From Amoebidium appalachense (Eukaryota > Protista > Ichthyosporea), in contig CAVNZM010000011.1 in NCBI GenBank assembly GCA_963693365.1, positions 4,534,639 to 4,598,638 of the forward strand: DNA of 64,000 bases, written 5' to 3'. Below are positions 1 through 18,502 of this stretch, piece after piece. The position numbers and the translations under genes were made by a program. Under the pieces are notes generated by a model. It was not told the origin of the DNA. It worked only from the letters and a program-made list of their open reading frames with translations, and did not search any database. Position 1 is the stretch's first letter, and each line of letters starts with the position of its first letter.

Positions 1-709
1 CCTACCCCCATTCGACGTGGAATTCACCTTAATTCCTCTTCCGTTTCCGCGCCAAGCACACCACTTCGCCCGCGCGGTACCCCTCCTACTCCTGTAAGGA
101 AGGTGGATATGAGCGGTGGGATGGGAAGGATGAATACGGCGGAGACCTCGGAGAGAAATGGAGAGGAGATGGGGGAGGAGAAGATTTGATTGGATCGTTT
201 TAGATTGGGGATAGATATGGCCTAGATTGCGATTGGATTTTTCTAGAACACGGGTTGGATTGTGATTCAGTTGTGCTGGTGTGATTTTTTGTTTGATGGG
301 TTGTCTGGATGGGTGGTAGGCAAGTGTCTATACATAGTGTGGGCTGGCGGTGTGGGCGGAGGAGGTAGAGTGGTTGAAAGGCGTCATGTTTTCTGATTGG
401 AGTGCCTTGGCTTGGAGAGGGTTTTTTCCCCCTACGTCTATTTTTTCGTTTTTAAAACATCTTAACGTGTATGTATGATATTATGCAATCCTGACGCCAG
501 TGACGCCAGGTGTTTTTAAAAAATCGTAATTATGGTCGGGCGGATAATTAAAGAAATTCCTTTATCTCATTTCTCAAGCAGGTCATGTTTCTTGAAGGTT
601 CTTATCCCACCTCCCTGTTTCTTTTCTGAAACCTGTTCCTATACGCATATCCCCTTCCGCAGGCTTAATGTACACTTCTGGAGCCTTTTTTTTGGCACTC
701 ACTGGATCT

Positions 710-5350
<4,641 letters not shown>

Positions 5351-7465
5351 GCCACCGCAGCCTTTCCCTCCCGCCCCAAAGGCCACTTCAATCGATATGT
5401 ACACATGTGCACCGTGTGGGCCAACACATTAGTCTGCAGCCGCCACCACCACCAGGCAAGACTGATCAGATTATTAAAACCTTGTTCGTGTGTGGAGGGG
5501 TTTATATAGGAGGGGGGGGGGGGAATGTGCTGTTTATTAACCGTCGGACATGTAGGTAAGGTGTGATGATGTGTCGGCACCAAGACCAACAGTACTTCCA
5601 CCCAACTCTGATGCACATGTTGAAAAACGACGTTACAACATACAAACTATATCACGGTGGAGATACAACGTACAAGATATCATGATCAGTTGTGGACATA
5701 CAACGGTTTCCTTTTTATTTTTATTTTTTGTTTTTTTTAATAAATAAAAAATAGGTACTGTAACACCTTAGTCAGTATTCTGAGACTGTAGTACGTTTTC
5801 GTCCAGATAATCCATACACTTTTCGAACAGTAGAAACTTGCCAGAGTTAAGGGGCCCCTTAAGTATGAAATCACTGTAGTACTGCAAAATTCGGTAGTTC
5901 TTTCACTGTTGCATGTTGAGTATGGGCCCGGACAAACCGGGTGTATATGTCTAGGGGAATACAGGTTGAGAGCAGACCACACTTTTGGGGAAAATTTCTT
6001 ATAAATTCGTCACGGTACTTAGGGGGAAAAAAATATTTGGCTCGGTTTTATTGATCCGTTGATGAAGGCAACGTGCAGCCACAGGCTACATAACCACCAA
6101 TAGAACTGAAAAAGCCAAAGCTACGAAATAAAAATAAAGTCGGACAAGTGGCAAAGGACACCAGCGGGCAAAACCTTAAATGTATGTGTATGCGTGAAAC
6201 TAGTTTGCTCCAACTAGTCATATGCATCGATGTTGACCAGACCACACTCCGCAAGAAGACATCATTACTGCTGCTTCCCAACAGGCCCCACTCAAAACCT
6301 ACCGAGGCACAGCAAGCAAGTCAGCCTCTAAAAGAGCAATGCAGATCAAATCGGAGCTAAAAAACAATCCCAACGGGCCCGGCCCCTAGATAGCCCGGAG
6401 AAACTGCATCTAGCTCTCTGATAAGGTGGCCTAGTTGTGGCAGGACACACAGAAAAACACAATTACAGGATGCATGCAAGCAAACCCGGTCATTGCCATA
6501 CGACTGGAGGCTAAGGACTGGCAGTCACTTGGAAAGCTCCCCGACGACCAAGTAGCCGCCCTCCACTCACGCAGCGCAGAAGTAGCTGAAGAAGTTGCAG
6601 CAGCCCACCGCCAATAGGTCGCGTAGAAGCGTAGACGCGTGTAGGAGTTACCATAGGTTGCAGTGGACCACCAATCGTTGAAGAAACCACTTCTCAAGCG
6701 AGAAACTCCGCGAAAGGGAGATGACCCCACACTCTCACAGCAGTAGGAATACACCAGGCCACACCACACACACGCTGCAGTCACGTTCCCCTGAGTGGGA
6801 CTCCCTCCCACCACAAAAAGAAGAAACGAAAGCCTTCATATACCTGCCATGGTGAAGAATCGGGAAAAAAAGTTGACGTGACAGCTAAGAGATCGAAGTG
6901 AAAGTGAATTAGAAAAATCCGGATAGCAGACACTGTGTACATTGCTCAGGGGGGATGGGCAGAATTCAAGTGGAAGGCAGCAAGAATTCTCTTAGGTAAT
7001 TTTTTTGTTTGTTTGTTTTAACCGGAAAGGTGAAATGTGACATCTTTTTAATAAATCATAATAAAGGCTCTGTTTACGTGTGATATGGCTGCAGTCATTT
7101 GTCTTGCACGTCAATACTCATTGGAAAATGGGTTTTTGTTGCTTGTTTGGGATCCCGCCCATCACAATCACTGCCCAGTCTGCAGGAACCACACACCACA
7201 CACCAAGAATTTGAATTACTGCAATAAAAATAATTAGTAATACAATAAGCATAAATTAAACTCGTAATATGTATTACCTTGCGTCAGTAGTATATATCAA
7301 CTGTGCATATGGACATCTGCTGGAGCCTGCAACTATCCAAAAGACACCTTTGTTGTTGATACTATATTAGTGCTGCCCGGGGATGCTCAAATTTGAAACG
7401 AGACGGGAGAGGGTAATATATTCAAAGTTTTTCTTTCTTTCTTACTTTCTTACTTTCTTTCTTTT

Positions 7466-7509
<44 letters not shown>

Positions 7510-9100
7510 CTACCACCGTAGGGCATCCGTTTACCCGGTGGGGGGGGGGGGGGGGGGGGGGGGGAGGTGGGAACTCACCTGCCCCTCCGGCTGTAATGAT
7601 ACTTATTGAAGTACCATTCAAGATATCATTAGTAAACTGAGTGGTTGGGAACAATTTGCATATATGCTTTAAGTTCAACCAGAAGGGCATTTTTTGTTTC
7701 AAAGCTTTATCACGTTTTGTTCCCGGACGACCTTTGCAGGCCCTCTCGGGAAACTACTGTCTACCATACGGCACCGACAGTACACTAGTTAGGGCGCTAT
7801 CAATGTGTTCAGCTAAGCTAACCCATCCTTCACAATCCTAACTATCTGTACACACTTTGCCCAGGGTTACTACTCCAGCCATGCCGTTCAGAAGGGCATT
7901 TGGTACTCCATATTTTATGATTAGAAGGTGATCATCGCAGCATAACCTATCCCTTTTCGCCTGAATGTATGTCCGCCGGCGCATGCAACGGGCACCCCCC
8001 CCCCCCCCCCCCCCCCCCGCCCCTTCCCCTTCCCCAGCTCTCCCTCATTCTTCGGGGGTCCACCCCCAGTCCCACAACGACCCAATGCTTGATATTATGG
8101 CTGTGAAAGGGGCAATGCAGTGTGTGTGTGTGTGTGTGTTTGTGTGTGTGGAAGGGGGAGGGGAGGGAGGGAGGGTTCGAAGGTCTTTTTTAAGAGTTGA
8201 TCTTGATTTGAAGCGGGGAGGGGGGAAGTAGTACCTTGGGGGACCCCCCCCCCCCCCCCTCCCCCCTTGGACAGGTGGGTCTCCCCCAGAGGGGTGGGGG
8301 GGGCCAACCCACCTCTCCGGCTAGCAGGGGGAGGGGGAGGGGGGACCCATCCACCCCATAGGCTGCCATGATCATGTCACTCTTTGTATCAGTGACCTGA
8401 TCACATAACAGAGTATTTAATCAGCAACGGTTTATATACAATGCCAAAACGTTTACATTGAACCGTTACGGTAGTAGGTTTCCTTGACTCTGAAACTCAG
8501 GCGCCGGCCATATGCCGTACGGTCATCCCCTCCCCCCCCTCCCCCCCCCCCCCTCCCCCCCCACCCACCCCCCCCCCTCCGGCGGCCCCCTCCCTCCTTC
8601 CAGGCACGAACGGGTGGAAAGTTTGTGTGTGCGCGTGTGTGTGTGCGTGTGTGTGTGTGCTTGTGTGTGCACGGGCGCGCGTGTGTGCGTGTGTGTTTGT
8701 GTTTGCGTGTTTGTGTGTGTGTGTGTGTGGTGTGTATGCCGTGTGTGTGTGTGTGTGTGTGTGTGTGTCACCGCGCGTGTGTGTATGGGGGGGGGAGGGG
8801 GGGGAGGGGGAGAGGGGGGGGGGGGGGGAGGGGGGAGGAGGGGGGGAGGGGGGAGGGAGGGAGGGATGATATGCATCAGCACATCAGTGGCCAAAACGGA
8901 GGCAGTTGCTCCAGAAGGAAAAAAAAAAGAAAGAAAGAAAAGCAACGAATACAACGTAACCCTTGGTGGGTGGAAAAGAGACTCTTTAATACCATGATCA
9001 GGCACGCCGGGGGGGGGGGGGGGGGGGGGGGGGAGGGGGCACACCCCGGGCCCCGGGAGGGGGTACCACCAGGGGGACGTCGGTATTTACTACTCCCCCC

Positions 9101-9149
<49 letters not shown>

Positions 9150-12100
9150 ATCATTACAAATTTAAAAATCCCTATAATTGGATGGACTCGGTGCAACTGG
9201 AAACTGGATTGGAGACTCAGCCCCAGGGTTGGTGTGGACGTCACACTGCAAATCTGTGTTTAGACGGGAGGGACAGGAGGTGGGGTCGGGGAGGTTGGAG
9301 GCTGGGTTCATGCAGGGGGTTTGTTGGGGGGGGGGGGGGGCGGGGGGGGGGGGGGGGGGGGGAATGTAAAAGCTGCTGTCACCATGACTTCCACATGACA
9401 TACTAGTTGTCGAGGACGACACGCATGCACATGTATGTATGCACCAGAGAGGCAGGGGTCGGGGGAGGATGCCCCGGGAGAATGAGAGAGTGATGTGCGT
9501 GAGCGCTGTGTGTGTATGTATGTGTGTGTGTGTGTGTGTGCACGTGTGTGCGTGTGTGTGTGTGTGTGTGCAGTGAGAATACACAAACCTTTAGCGAGCG
9601 CGTCTGTTTTGCGTTGTGTGACGACGCCTGACGCACCATGATCCGACACGCACACAGCCTGCACCGTGCGTCACGTCACGCTCAAACACACACGCACATA
9701 ATTCACGTCAAACAGAGCCCCGGAGCACGATTAGTGTTGGCGAGGGCGAGTGGAAGGAAGGGGGGGGGGGGGGGGGGGGGAGGGGGGGGGGGGAGGGGGG
9801 CACGCACGCCGTGTGCGCACGTGCAGTGAGTGCCATTGGCAGTGACACTACAGTCACGTCACGTGCACGCCACTGAGTTCAAGATCAGATGTCCTGGAAT
9901 GCCTGGATTCCACTGGATCTGAGCGTTAGCCAATCACTATGTCCTTCGCTATCAAGCTTTCTCATTGGTTAATCTGCCAAAGGCTTGCACGTTCCTATTG
10001 GAAAACATTGAATAGAGAGAAAAGATGGTATTTGCTGGGAATGCCTGTAACATCTAAAGAAGAGCCCTGGGACTCAGGAGACCGCACAGAGTTATTTGGG
10101 CTATAGAGATGACTGGGTCAAGCATGACAACAATATAGACGAATTTCATGTCTTTTATTTTCTCGGGAAAATAGTACTGCGCGCGCGGCGGCCGCGACCA
10201 CTGCGGTACCTAATTGAGCGCATGATAAACAATAAACAATAACATAAAATACCAATCGCAGAAAGCTGTTTGTTATAAACCACTTTTTAAAACCAAGTTG
10301 GTCCGCCGGGTAGTGTCACCAGGGTGGTCCGGCCAACTCATGATGCCAGTTTTCTTTAGAAAGAAAGAATAAGTGGTTATTACGATTTCAAAACTTAAAG
10401 TTGAAATAAATTTAATGAATTATATCGCCAAGAGACGAAGCAGTTTGGGCATCGCAAGCCTCTAAAACCTCAAGTCCTCACTACTTTCTTTTGAGGCGCC
10501 ATAGCAATCTTATCCGGTTTTGCTCTTTTTGCCGTTCTTTCCCAGATCTTAGGTCACCAATGAGCGCTAGGCATTCCAGCTAAACTGTTGATTGGCGGAA
10601 AATGGCACAGTGGGTCTTATCTCCAGATAACTGTCTCGGTTAGACTATGATGCTAAAAAGTGGTACATATGCCATAATTTTTCTTTTGACTCGTTTTTAT
10701 TGATCCGTTGACAAAAATGCTCAGGGACATAATTATCAGAGGGCAAATAAAGTATTTAGTATTTATTTTTAAGTATTTATAAGTATTGAATTATTTGTAA
10801 CTAGGTAGAGGTACTCTAATGAACTAACTACTTTTGCGCGAACCTTTTTTGGTGCAGGGGCCGGCAAGCATATAAATTATAATACATCAAATTCACTACC
10901 GGCGTTCGACCCCCCCACACCATAGCTTGAGCCATCAAGGCCCTATGGGCGGCATGGGTATGTTCATCCAGTATGCAATATAAATGAACTTAATCTTTCG
11001 ACCGTTGCAGGATTTACCAAATGTATAAAAAACGGCCCTCACTTCGGCTATAGTTGTGGTTTTTCTCTATATTGCACCATGCCCTTTTCAAGCAACTTGC
11101 TTCATATGTGTTCACTGACAGGTCTGGGTGTAGGGGGACAAATAGCCAACAGCCTATGTGCATGCCTGACAGTCGACTTCGGCTCACTCGTTCGCACCAC
11201 AAGTGCTAGTCTACAAACGTACTCCAAAGAAGCATACGTATTTGAAATATATCAGAAAAAATCAATGAGATTCCAATGGTCATTACGTCTTTAATGGACA
11301 GACTGTTTCATCAACGCTAAGAATATATGATGATCTCGGTATCGTTCCAACCTCAGAGCTGTGTTTGTTCAAAGAAGAAAAACGTGTTTGTGTTCACTGA
11401 GTTGTGTCAAAAACAAAACACTGTCGAAAGCTTCAAAAACACGAAGGGAAACCTAACCTTGATAAGCTAGAGTAAATTTGAGGCACTCGCTTATGTGGTT
11501 GCATCGGCGTGCATTAGGGACATTAGAGCGAAGATCGTTTATTTCTGTCGTTGACATCGGGGAGAATGTTTGACACCACCAGAAAGAAAACACGGGTTAG
11601 GAGCCTGTTTTCAAACGTGAACTTGGACAAGGTCGTGCGTGCACGGGGGAGTTCAGACCAAGCAGAAACAGACATAAAAGGTTTTAATTCCAGTTCAAGC
11701 ACAGAATGTTCCCCTGGGGCAGATTCAGTTTCCAGTACGGGTTTGAGCACAACACCAAAGTCCCTGCTTGGCAGTGCGAAATCCACGGGATCTTGTTCTC
11801 TCTTAACTAGACGATGGTCGGTGGATCAGAAGTTTTCGTTCAGCGAGCTTGACATCAGCAACACACAGCTGTCGGCGGCTTCAAAGGGGTAGGTGTCATG
11901 CCCTCCAGGTGTTAGGAGTAGCTCATGTTTGGTGCAGGCAGACTTATTTCTAAGTCTAAGACCACACTATGAGATCTTGGAAGTGGGAGGGTTTTTTTGA
12001 AGGTAAAGAAGCTTCTTGTCGCTCGCTTTTCTCGGTCTCGCCATTATGTCATTAGCGGTGGGCTGCACAACCAATGACATCAAGCTCCCGAAAGTTCAAT

Positions 12101-12245
12101 TGATTAGCCAGTATAGAGATGTCACGTCATAACCCCCCCCCTCCCGAAAGGGGGAAAAAGCGAAAAGAGTAGTAAGCAACCTGTCAGTCAGTTCTCTTTT
12201 GCTATGAAACTTTAAGCATTAATCGTCGTATTTTTTGGATGAAGC

Positions 12246-12292
<47 letters not shown>

Positions 12293-12432
12293 AGTAATAG
12301 GAGATAACGGAAAAAGAAAACTTGGGGATAACTAGCGTTCGATGCGCTTTGCTGATTGCTTAGAAAATTTTTTTTATCGTTGCTCTGTATTAGCATCACG
12401 GCTGGTCCTGTCACACCAACGACCAGAAATAT

Positions 12433-13287
12433 ATGGCCTTTCCTGAGGAAATGAAGTTGTTCCTGGGTTTTCCTGTGAGGATTTTCCTTGGCGAAATGTC
12501 ACTCGCTGACTGCTCTTTCTTGTTTTTTGCAGTGGGCTATCAACAACGTGCCTACCCATCGACAGGCAACCACCCCTCTCCAGTCTGTCACACGCAAAAC
12601 GGTCTCGTTCCCAACCAGTCATCCCCCTGCCTGGACAACAACGGCGGCACTCTCTCGGAAGCATCTTCCCACCAGATGAATACGTCGGTGACTTGCTAAA
12701 CGGTAGACGCGAAGGTTTTGGAACTTTAAAGACAGCGAAAGGGGTTTACGAAGGCGAATGGAAGGATGGGGCGAGGGAAGGGTCGGGGTATCTATGCATG
12801 AATAATGGCGCGAAATACGAAGGAGAGTTCAAGGAGGGGCGATTCCATGGAATGGGCGTCTTGACAACCCCTCGTTTTGTATATGCTGGCCAGTGGTTCA
12901 AGGGGCAGCAGTGTGGTTATGGTTTTTTCATCAGCCTTGAAAACGAGAGTCGCTACGCAGGGCAATTCAGTGATGGGAAGGCGAATGGGTATGGACGTCT
13001 TGTTGTCAGCAACGAGTTTTACTTCTATGGGAAGTTTGAGCAGGGCGTGTTTATGCATCGGTGGTGGCGGACTTTGAAGGATCGGCAGTGCGGCACCCAG
13101 GCAATGTATATGGCTCACCTGGCTGCAAAGGTGAGCATGGGTGAAGTGACGTTTTTGGTGCCTTTCGGTGTTTCTGCTGTTGCATCCGTATACAGATGTT
13201 TCTTAGGTGCCCCTTCGTTTTTGAATGGATGCTCAGCAGAAGACGGTGGTTGTGGTGGTGGTTGTGGTGGCGTGTGTGTGTGTTTGT

Positions 13288-13330
<43 letters not shown>

Positions 13331-13522
13331 GGACAAAAAACACGACAATCCACATTAATCAGTAACAAGCGACAACCAGATCATAATATGTTTGCAGAAC
13401 CAAAAGGACACGAACACACGGCCGTGACGATTGTATATAAACACACTCAAGTTATTTTCTTTTTTCTTTCTTTTCTTTTCTTTTCTTTTTTTTGTTTATT
13501 TTGATTTTTTTTTTCTTTTTTT

Positions 13523-13576
<54 letters not shown>

Positions 13577-13629
13577 CACAGAAGAGTAAAAACCTTGTGC
13601 TTACGACAATGTACCACCAACCCCCTTCC

Positions 13630-13678
<49 letters not shown>

Positions 13679-13960
13679 AAAAAAAAAAAAACCCCAGACC
13701 CCCCCCCCCCCCCCCCCCCCTTCCCCCCTCCCCCCCCTCCTCCTCCTCCTCAACGCATACAGGAATCTCTTGCCAAGTGCCACCAGCCCATCATGTCAGC
13801 CTTTGAGTCTGTGCAGAACATAGCTTCCAAGCAGCGCGCCAGCCCAACACTCACCGAGGTTGCCCAGGCTGCAGACATGTCCACACGGAGACGCTCATCA
13901 ACAACACTCAATCCAGGCTCACTCACTGCTCTACTCACATACATGCCTGCCTCAACGTGA
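12433..13960 (+). CDS. MORN-repeat protein, MORN4/retinophilin-like (spliced; first exon uncertain)
   Basis: Main exon 12533-13130 follows a CTGAC branch site and ttttttgcAG acceptor. It encodes tandem MORN repeats (YVGDLLNGRREGFG, YEGEWKDGAREGSG, YEGEFKEGRFHGMG, YAGQWFKGQQCGYG, YAGQFSDGKANGYG) and a helical tail. Donor AAG|gtgagc at 13131. Last exon 13763-13960 (catacAG|ESLAKCHQP...PAST*) is in phase. Start tentatively ATG 12433 with a weak donor AA|gttgtt at 12456, the only nearby combination I found that fits the phase. Confidence 0.8.
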
Positions 13961-14880
13961 TTTTTTGTTATTTTTTTATAATTCGCGAGATGAAATTCGG
14001 GTTTTGTAAGTGTGGGTGATTCGAAATGGGGTCGTGTTTGATAAAGACTGGAAAACAGGTGTTGTTGTAAAAATGATATTGGTGGTGTGGGAGCATAAGA
14101 GCGCTTTGTTTTGGCGTTTATATTTATTTCTATATCTTCTAATTAAATTTTTATTCGTGAGACTGGCCAATGACGAAGACAACTTGTACGTTTAAGGGGT
14201 AGCACACTTTCTCTAGGCACTTACACAAGGAACATCACGGATGATTTGTGGTAGTCCCTGTTTAGTGTGTGTTCTCGTAATTGTTTGGCTCGATGGCTGC
14301 ACCTTTATGAGTGGTTCACAGCGATGTTGGTTCTTTTGCACAATATCTCTGCAGAACATTCCGGTATATTTGACTCCTGAAATTCGATTGATGTAAACGC
14401 GAGGTTGGATCTTAATCTTACTGCCTATGGTAACTCGTTTTGTGCAAAATAAGGATAGGTAAAGCTTTAATGTATACTGTATTCGGAAAACTTTTGGGTT
14501 TTTTGCTGTTTGTGATATCTGGTTAATTTTCCTGGTAGAACGAAAGAGCAGATTGCTGTTTTGTAGACAAGCTGCAAGCCCCAAGGCGGGCGCAGCTAAC
14601 TCATGCAGTATGGCACGTAAACGGATATGGGATACAGGGAATATGTACGAATGAACAAGTGGGACATGGAAAAGCATAACATGGCCCCCATCCGTGAATA
14701 AAACACAGTTGACGTTCTCACGATCGACATGCAAACAACTCGCTCTTTCCTGTCACTGAGTTTTTTTGGGGGCTAGCTAAGCGTACTGCAAACCAGTGCC
14801 CGGGGATCTCAAAGATTCGATCGCGAAACGACTCGATGATACTGTAACACGTGTGAAGGGGGATTTTTATCTCATCTACC

Positions 14881-14916
<36 letters not shown>

Positions 14917-15650
14917 CCCCCCCCCGGGCATGCCGGTACGGTACCGGCATTGCTTGCCATACACACACGTGACTTACTCGCGGCACCCAGGGCAAGAGCG
15001 CGCCACCGGTTTCAATGCAATATGAATATTTGTGCTTTTAGTACCTCGGGACCGGCCCGGGTGTGTTGCGTGCACCCAACCATGGCGTTTTGCCGTTTTT
15101 AAACATTAAATTAGATTTGAACTTTAAAATAGACGTTGCAGAGGATCGTTAAAGCAAGGCATTTACCAACTCATAAAATTTCACAAGCGCTAGCTGCATA
15201 CAGTTTTGCCCATTGAACCACTTATACCACTTTCTGATCATTGCATGAATTGCCGTGTGTATAGAATTTCCGCTTATCATGTGTGTGCAATTTCAGTGAT
15301 CATCAATTTATATTGAAAGGCGCGCCCAAAGCGGCGCCGGATGCCTACGCGCAACTGAAATTTTCAAGCATCTACCAACAGCGTTCATATCTACTATCGT
15401 CATTGCCACTATGTCATAACCACGACAAAAACTAGCCAAGAATGTTACCATAACTACTGCACAAAGATGAGAACTACTGGGAAAGGGCCTACAGAGGCCA
15501 GCCTAGAAACCTACAAAGCAACCCAAATTCTCAGATCGGATCAGAAGAACACTGTAAGATTTCCCCCACCAACTGTTACACATTAAGCACGGGTCAAACA
15601 CAATTTTATAGATGCCATGGGTGTGTAACGGTGGGTGATTGGGTAACCAG

Positions 15651-15695
<45 letters not shown>

Positions 15696-15760
15696 GTGGC
15701 TGGTCACCGTGGTGGTGGTGGTGGTGGGTACACTATCACGGAAAAAACACCAAGATATTT

Positions 15761-16071
15761 CTAGCTCTGCTGTTTCAAAAACTGCATGAAGTCCTGTTTG
15801 TTCTGCAGGGGGGACCGGGTAGGCCGGCCCAGATCCTTCCTATGGCCCTTATTAACCCTCACCTCCAATAGGGCGGGTCCCTTAACCGTTTTTAACTCCT
15901 CAAGCGCCGATTTTATCTCATCCGTCGTGCTTGCCGACTTTGCCCACCTGTACCCGCACCCGGTTGCGATATCGATTAGGTTGAAAGAGTCGGTAAGGGT
16001 GCCTGTTTCCTGCCCGCCGACAGAGTCGTGTGCGCCGTTGTTGATCACAATGTGCTTGTAGTTCTCCACCC

Positions 16072-16125
<54 letters not shown>

Positions 16126-16370
16126 TGTGTTGGGGGGAGGGGCGAGGTAGGAGAAGGTTAGAGAGTGTTACAGAGTGCCAAGAACAAGATTAATGGGGTA
16201 GGAGCACATGTATGCGTGTGTGCCAGGTTGTCTGTATTTGTGCGCCCATAAGCGTGAGTGCCACATCGTGTGTGTTTGTGTGTGTGTGTGTGTGCACTGG
16301 GGCAAAGATAAAGGTGCACCAACCCATTGCACAAACAAACGCGATGGCGGTTGGGGCTCGTGTGTGGACG

Positions 16371-16434
<64 letters not shown>

Positions 16435-17054
16435 CCGCGAGCAGCAGAGTTGTGAATGTAAACAAATGTCTTGACAAAAGGATCACGGGGGAGAGTTGAG
16501 TATGTGTGTGCCCACATGCGGAGGTGTGTGTGTGCACCCGTGTGCTTGTGCGTGTGTGCATGTGTGTATGTGTGTGCGTGTGCAAGGGTGTTTCCCTAAC
16601 TTTCGAGCAAAAGAAGTAGTTTGCATGAAAGTCAACATGTCCCATTTCCAAAAAATCCTCCCCGCACATACCTGCATGCTAACAGTAGCCAAACTCCCCA
16701 TGTGCATAAGCACCGCACCATCACCATCCAAGCAATACACTGACTGGTTCGGCCTCGCAACCGCAATACCCAGCGCGATACTGCTCGCATGACCCATAGA
16801 TCCGACAGTCAAAAAATCACGTGCGTGGCCCTGTTTCTTGGCTACTCGATATTCGAATAGCTCACGTGAGAGCATACCCGTGGTCCCTACGACACAGTCT
16901 CGTGCGTTAAGGCTGTCGACAATGAGTTGGAGAGCGGTTTCACGGTTGTGCTCAAAGGTTGCGGGTGTCTGTACGTGTGTGTGTGTGTGTGTGCGTGTGG
17001 GTTTTTTTTTGGGGGGGGGGGGAGGGGGGGGGGGGAGGGCAAGGGGGAAGGTGT

Positions 17055-17101
<47 letters not shown>

Positions 17102-17377
17102 GTATGTGTGTGTGTGTGTGTGTGTGAGGGGGGGGGGGGGGGGGGGGGGTAAATAAATGGGTTTCATAATATTACCCCTGTAAGCCCTTCACATCGGAGG
17201 CCTTGCACTACCCTCCTGCAACGACCCCCCCCCCCCCCATCCCCCCCCCCCACCCCGACACATACACACAGGCCCCGCACCCACGTCCGCCTTCCCATGG
17301 CCCCATTGCACTTTGGCCTCCTTCCAGGCATTTTGCCACCCATCATATTATTAGTAGGCGTAGGAAAAGAGACCTGT

Positions 17378-17411
<34 letters not shown>

Positions 17412-18448
17412 CCCCCGGCGGGGACACAGCCCCAAGAAAGACTCAATTATTCTACACTCAAATCCCCCCCTTCCCACCTCCCCCCTCCCCCCCCCCCCCC
17501 CCCCCCCCCCCCCTCTCCCCCTCCCCGGTGTCTGGATGAAATAAACAGACTAGTGTCCCTTCCCCCTCACAATCTCCCAAAACCTCACCCCTTTCACCTG
17601 CACATCCAAGACCACTGCGCCCTCCCCCCCCCCCCCCTCCCCCTCCCCCCAGCCCTCCCCTCCCTCCCCCCAACCCTCCCCTCCCCTCCCCCCCTCCCCC
17701 GCCCCCTCCCCCCCCCCCCCCCCCGCCCCTTCCCTCCCCAAAGAAATCCCTTCCCTTCGACCTTTCGTGACAAAACCCTTTACGTCCGACTGCCTTCCAT
17801 CTATGCCCAATCTGCCTTCCCACACTCTCCTTTCCTTTCCTCTTCCCAAATCCCCTCCTCCCCCCTCCCCCCCTCTCTCCCCCTTCACCTCTCCCACTCC
17901 CCCCACCATCCCCCTCCCCCCTCCCTCTCCCTCCCCCTTCCCCCCGCCAAACACGCACACACAAACACCCCACCCACCTTTGGCAGCTTGAATGGCAGGA
18001 ACGTCTGCCTGCGCACCAGCACGGCATAAGGCCCGCAGTTGTTCTTCATGTAGGCCATGGTGTTGTCTAGCATCTTCTCGGCCCCCTCCTGGAAGTCTGG
18101 AAGGATCTGGAAGGGGATGTTGAGCGATGCGAGAAGCCCGGGCGTCGCCTGCCCCTGCACAAGGTGTTGCGGTTCGTCCTTTTTGCCCGGCTCGCCTCGC
18201 CAGCCAATCAGAAGGCACATGGGGATGCTGTATACCTGGTTTGGGATGGGTGGGGGTGGGTGGGTGAGTGAGTGAGTGAGTGAGTGAATGAGTGTGAGTG
18301 AGTGAGTGAGTGAGTGTGGGTTTGGGTGAGTGAGTGAGTGAGTGAGTGTGATTGTGTGTGTGCGTGTTGGGGGGATGGGGGGCCATGGTGGTTAGCAAGC
18401 AAACACCGACGTTATTATTCTCCCCCCCCCCCCCCCCCCCCCCCCCCC

Positions 18449-18502
<54 letters not shown>

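Noticed and set aside
1-390. Possible rRNA fragment (GAGTAGGAGGG) or first exons of a minus-strand gene leaving the window
   Set aside because: The rRNA-like match is only about 11 nt. The candidate ATG 387, donor and acceptor near 92 do not give a convincing open frame, and the window edge prevents a test.
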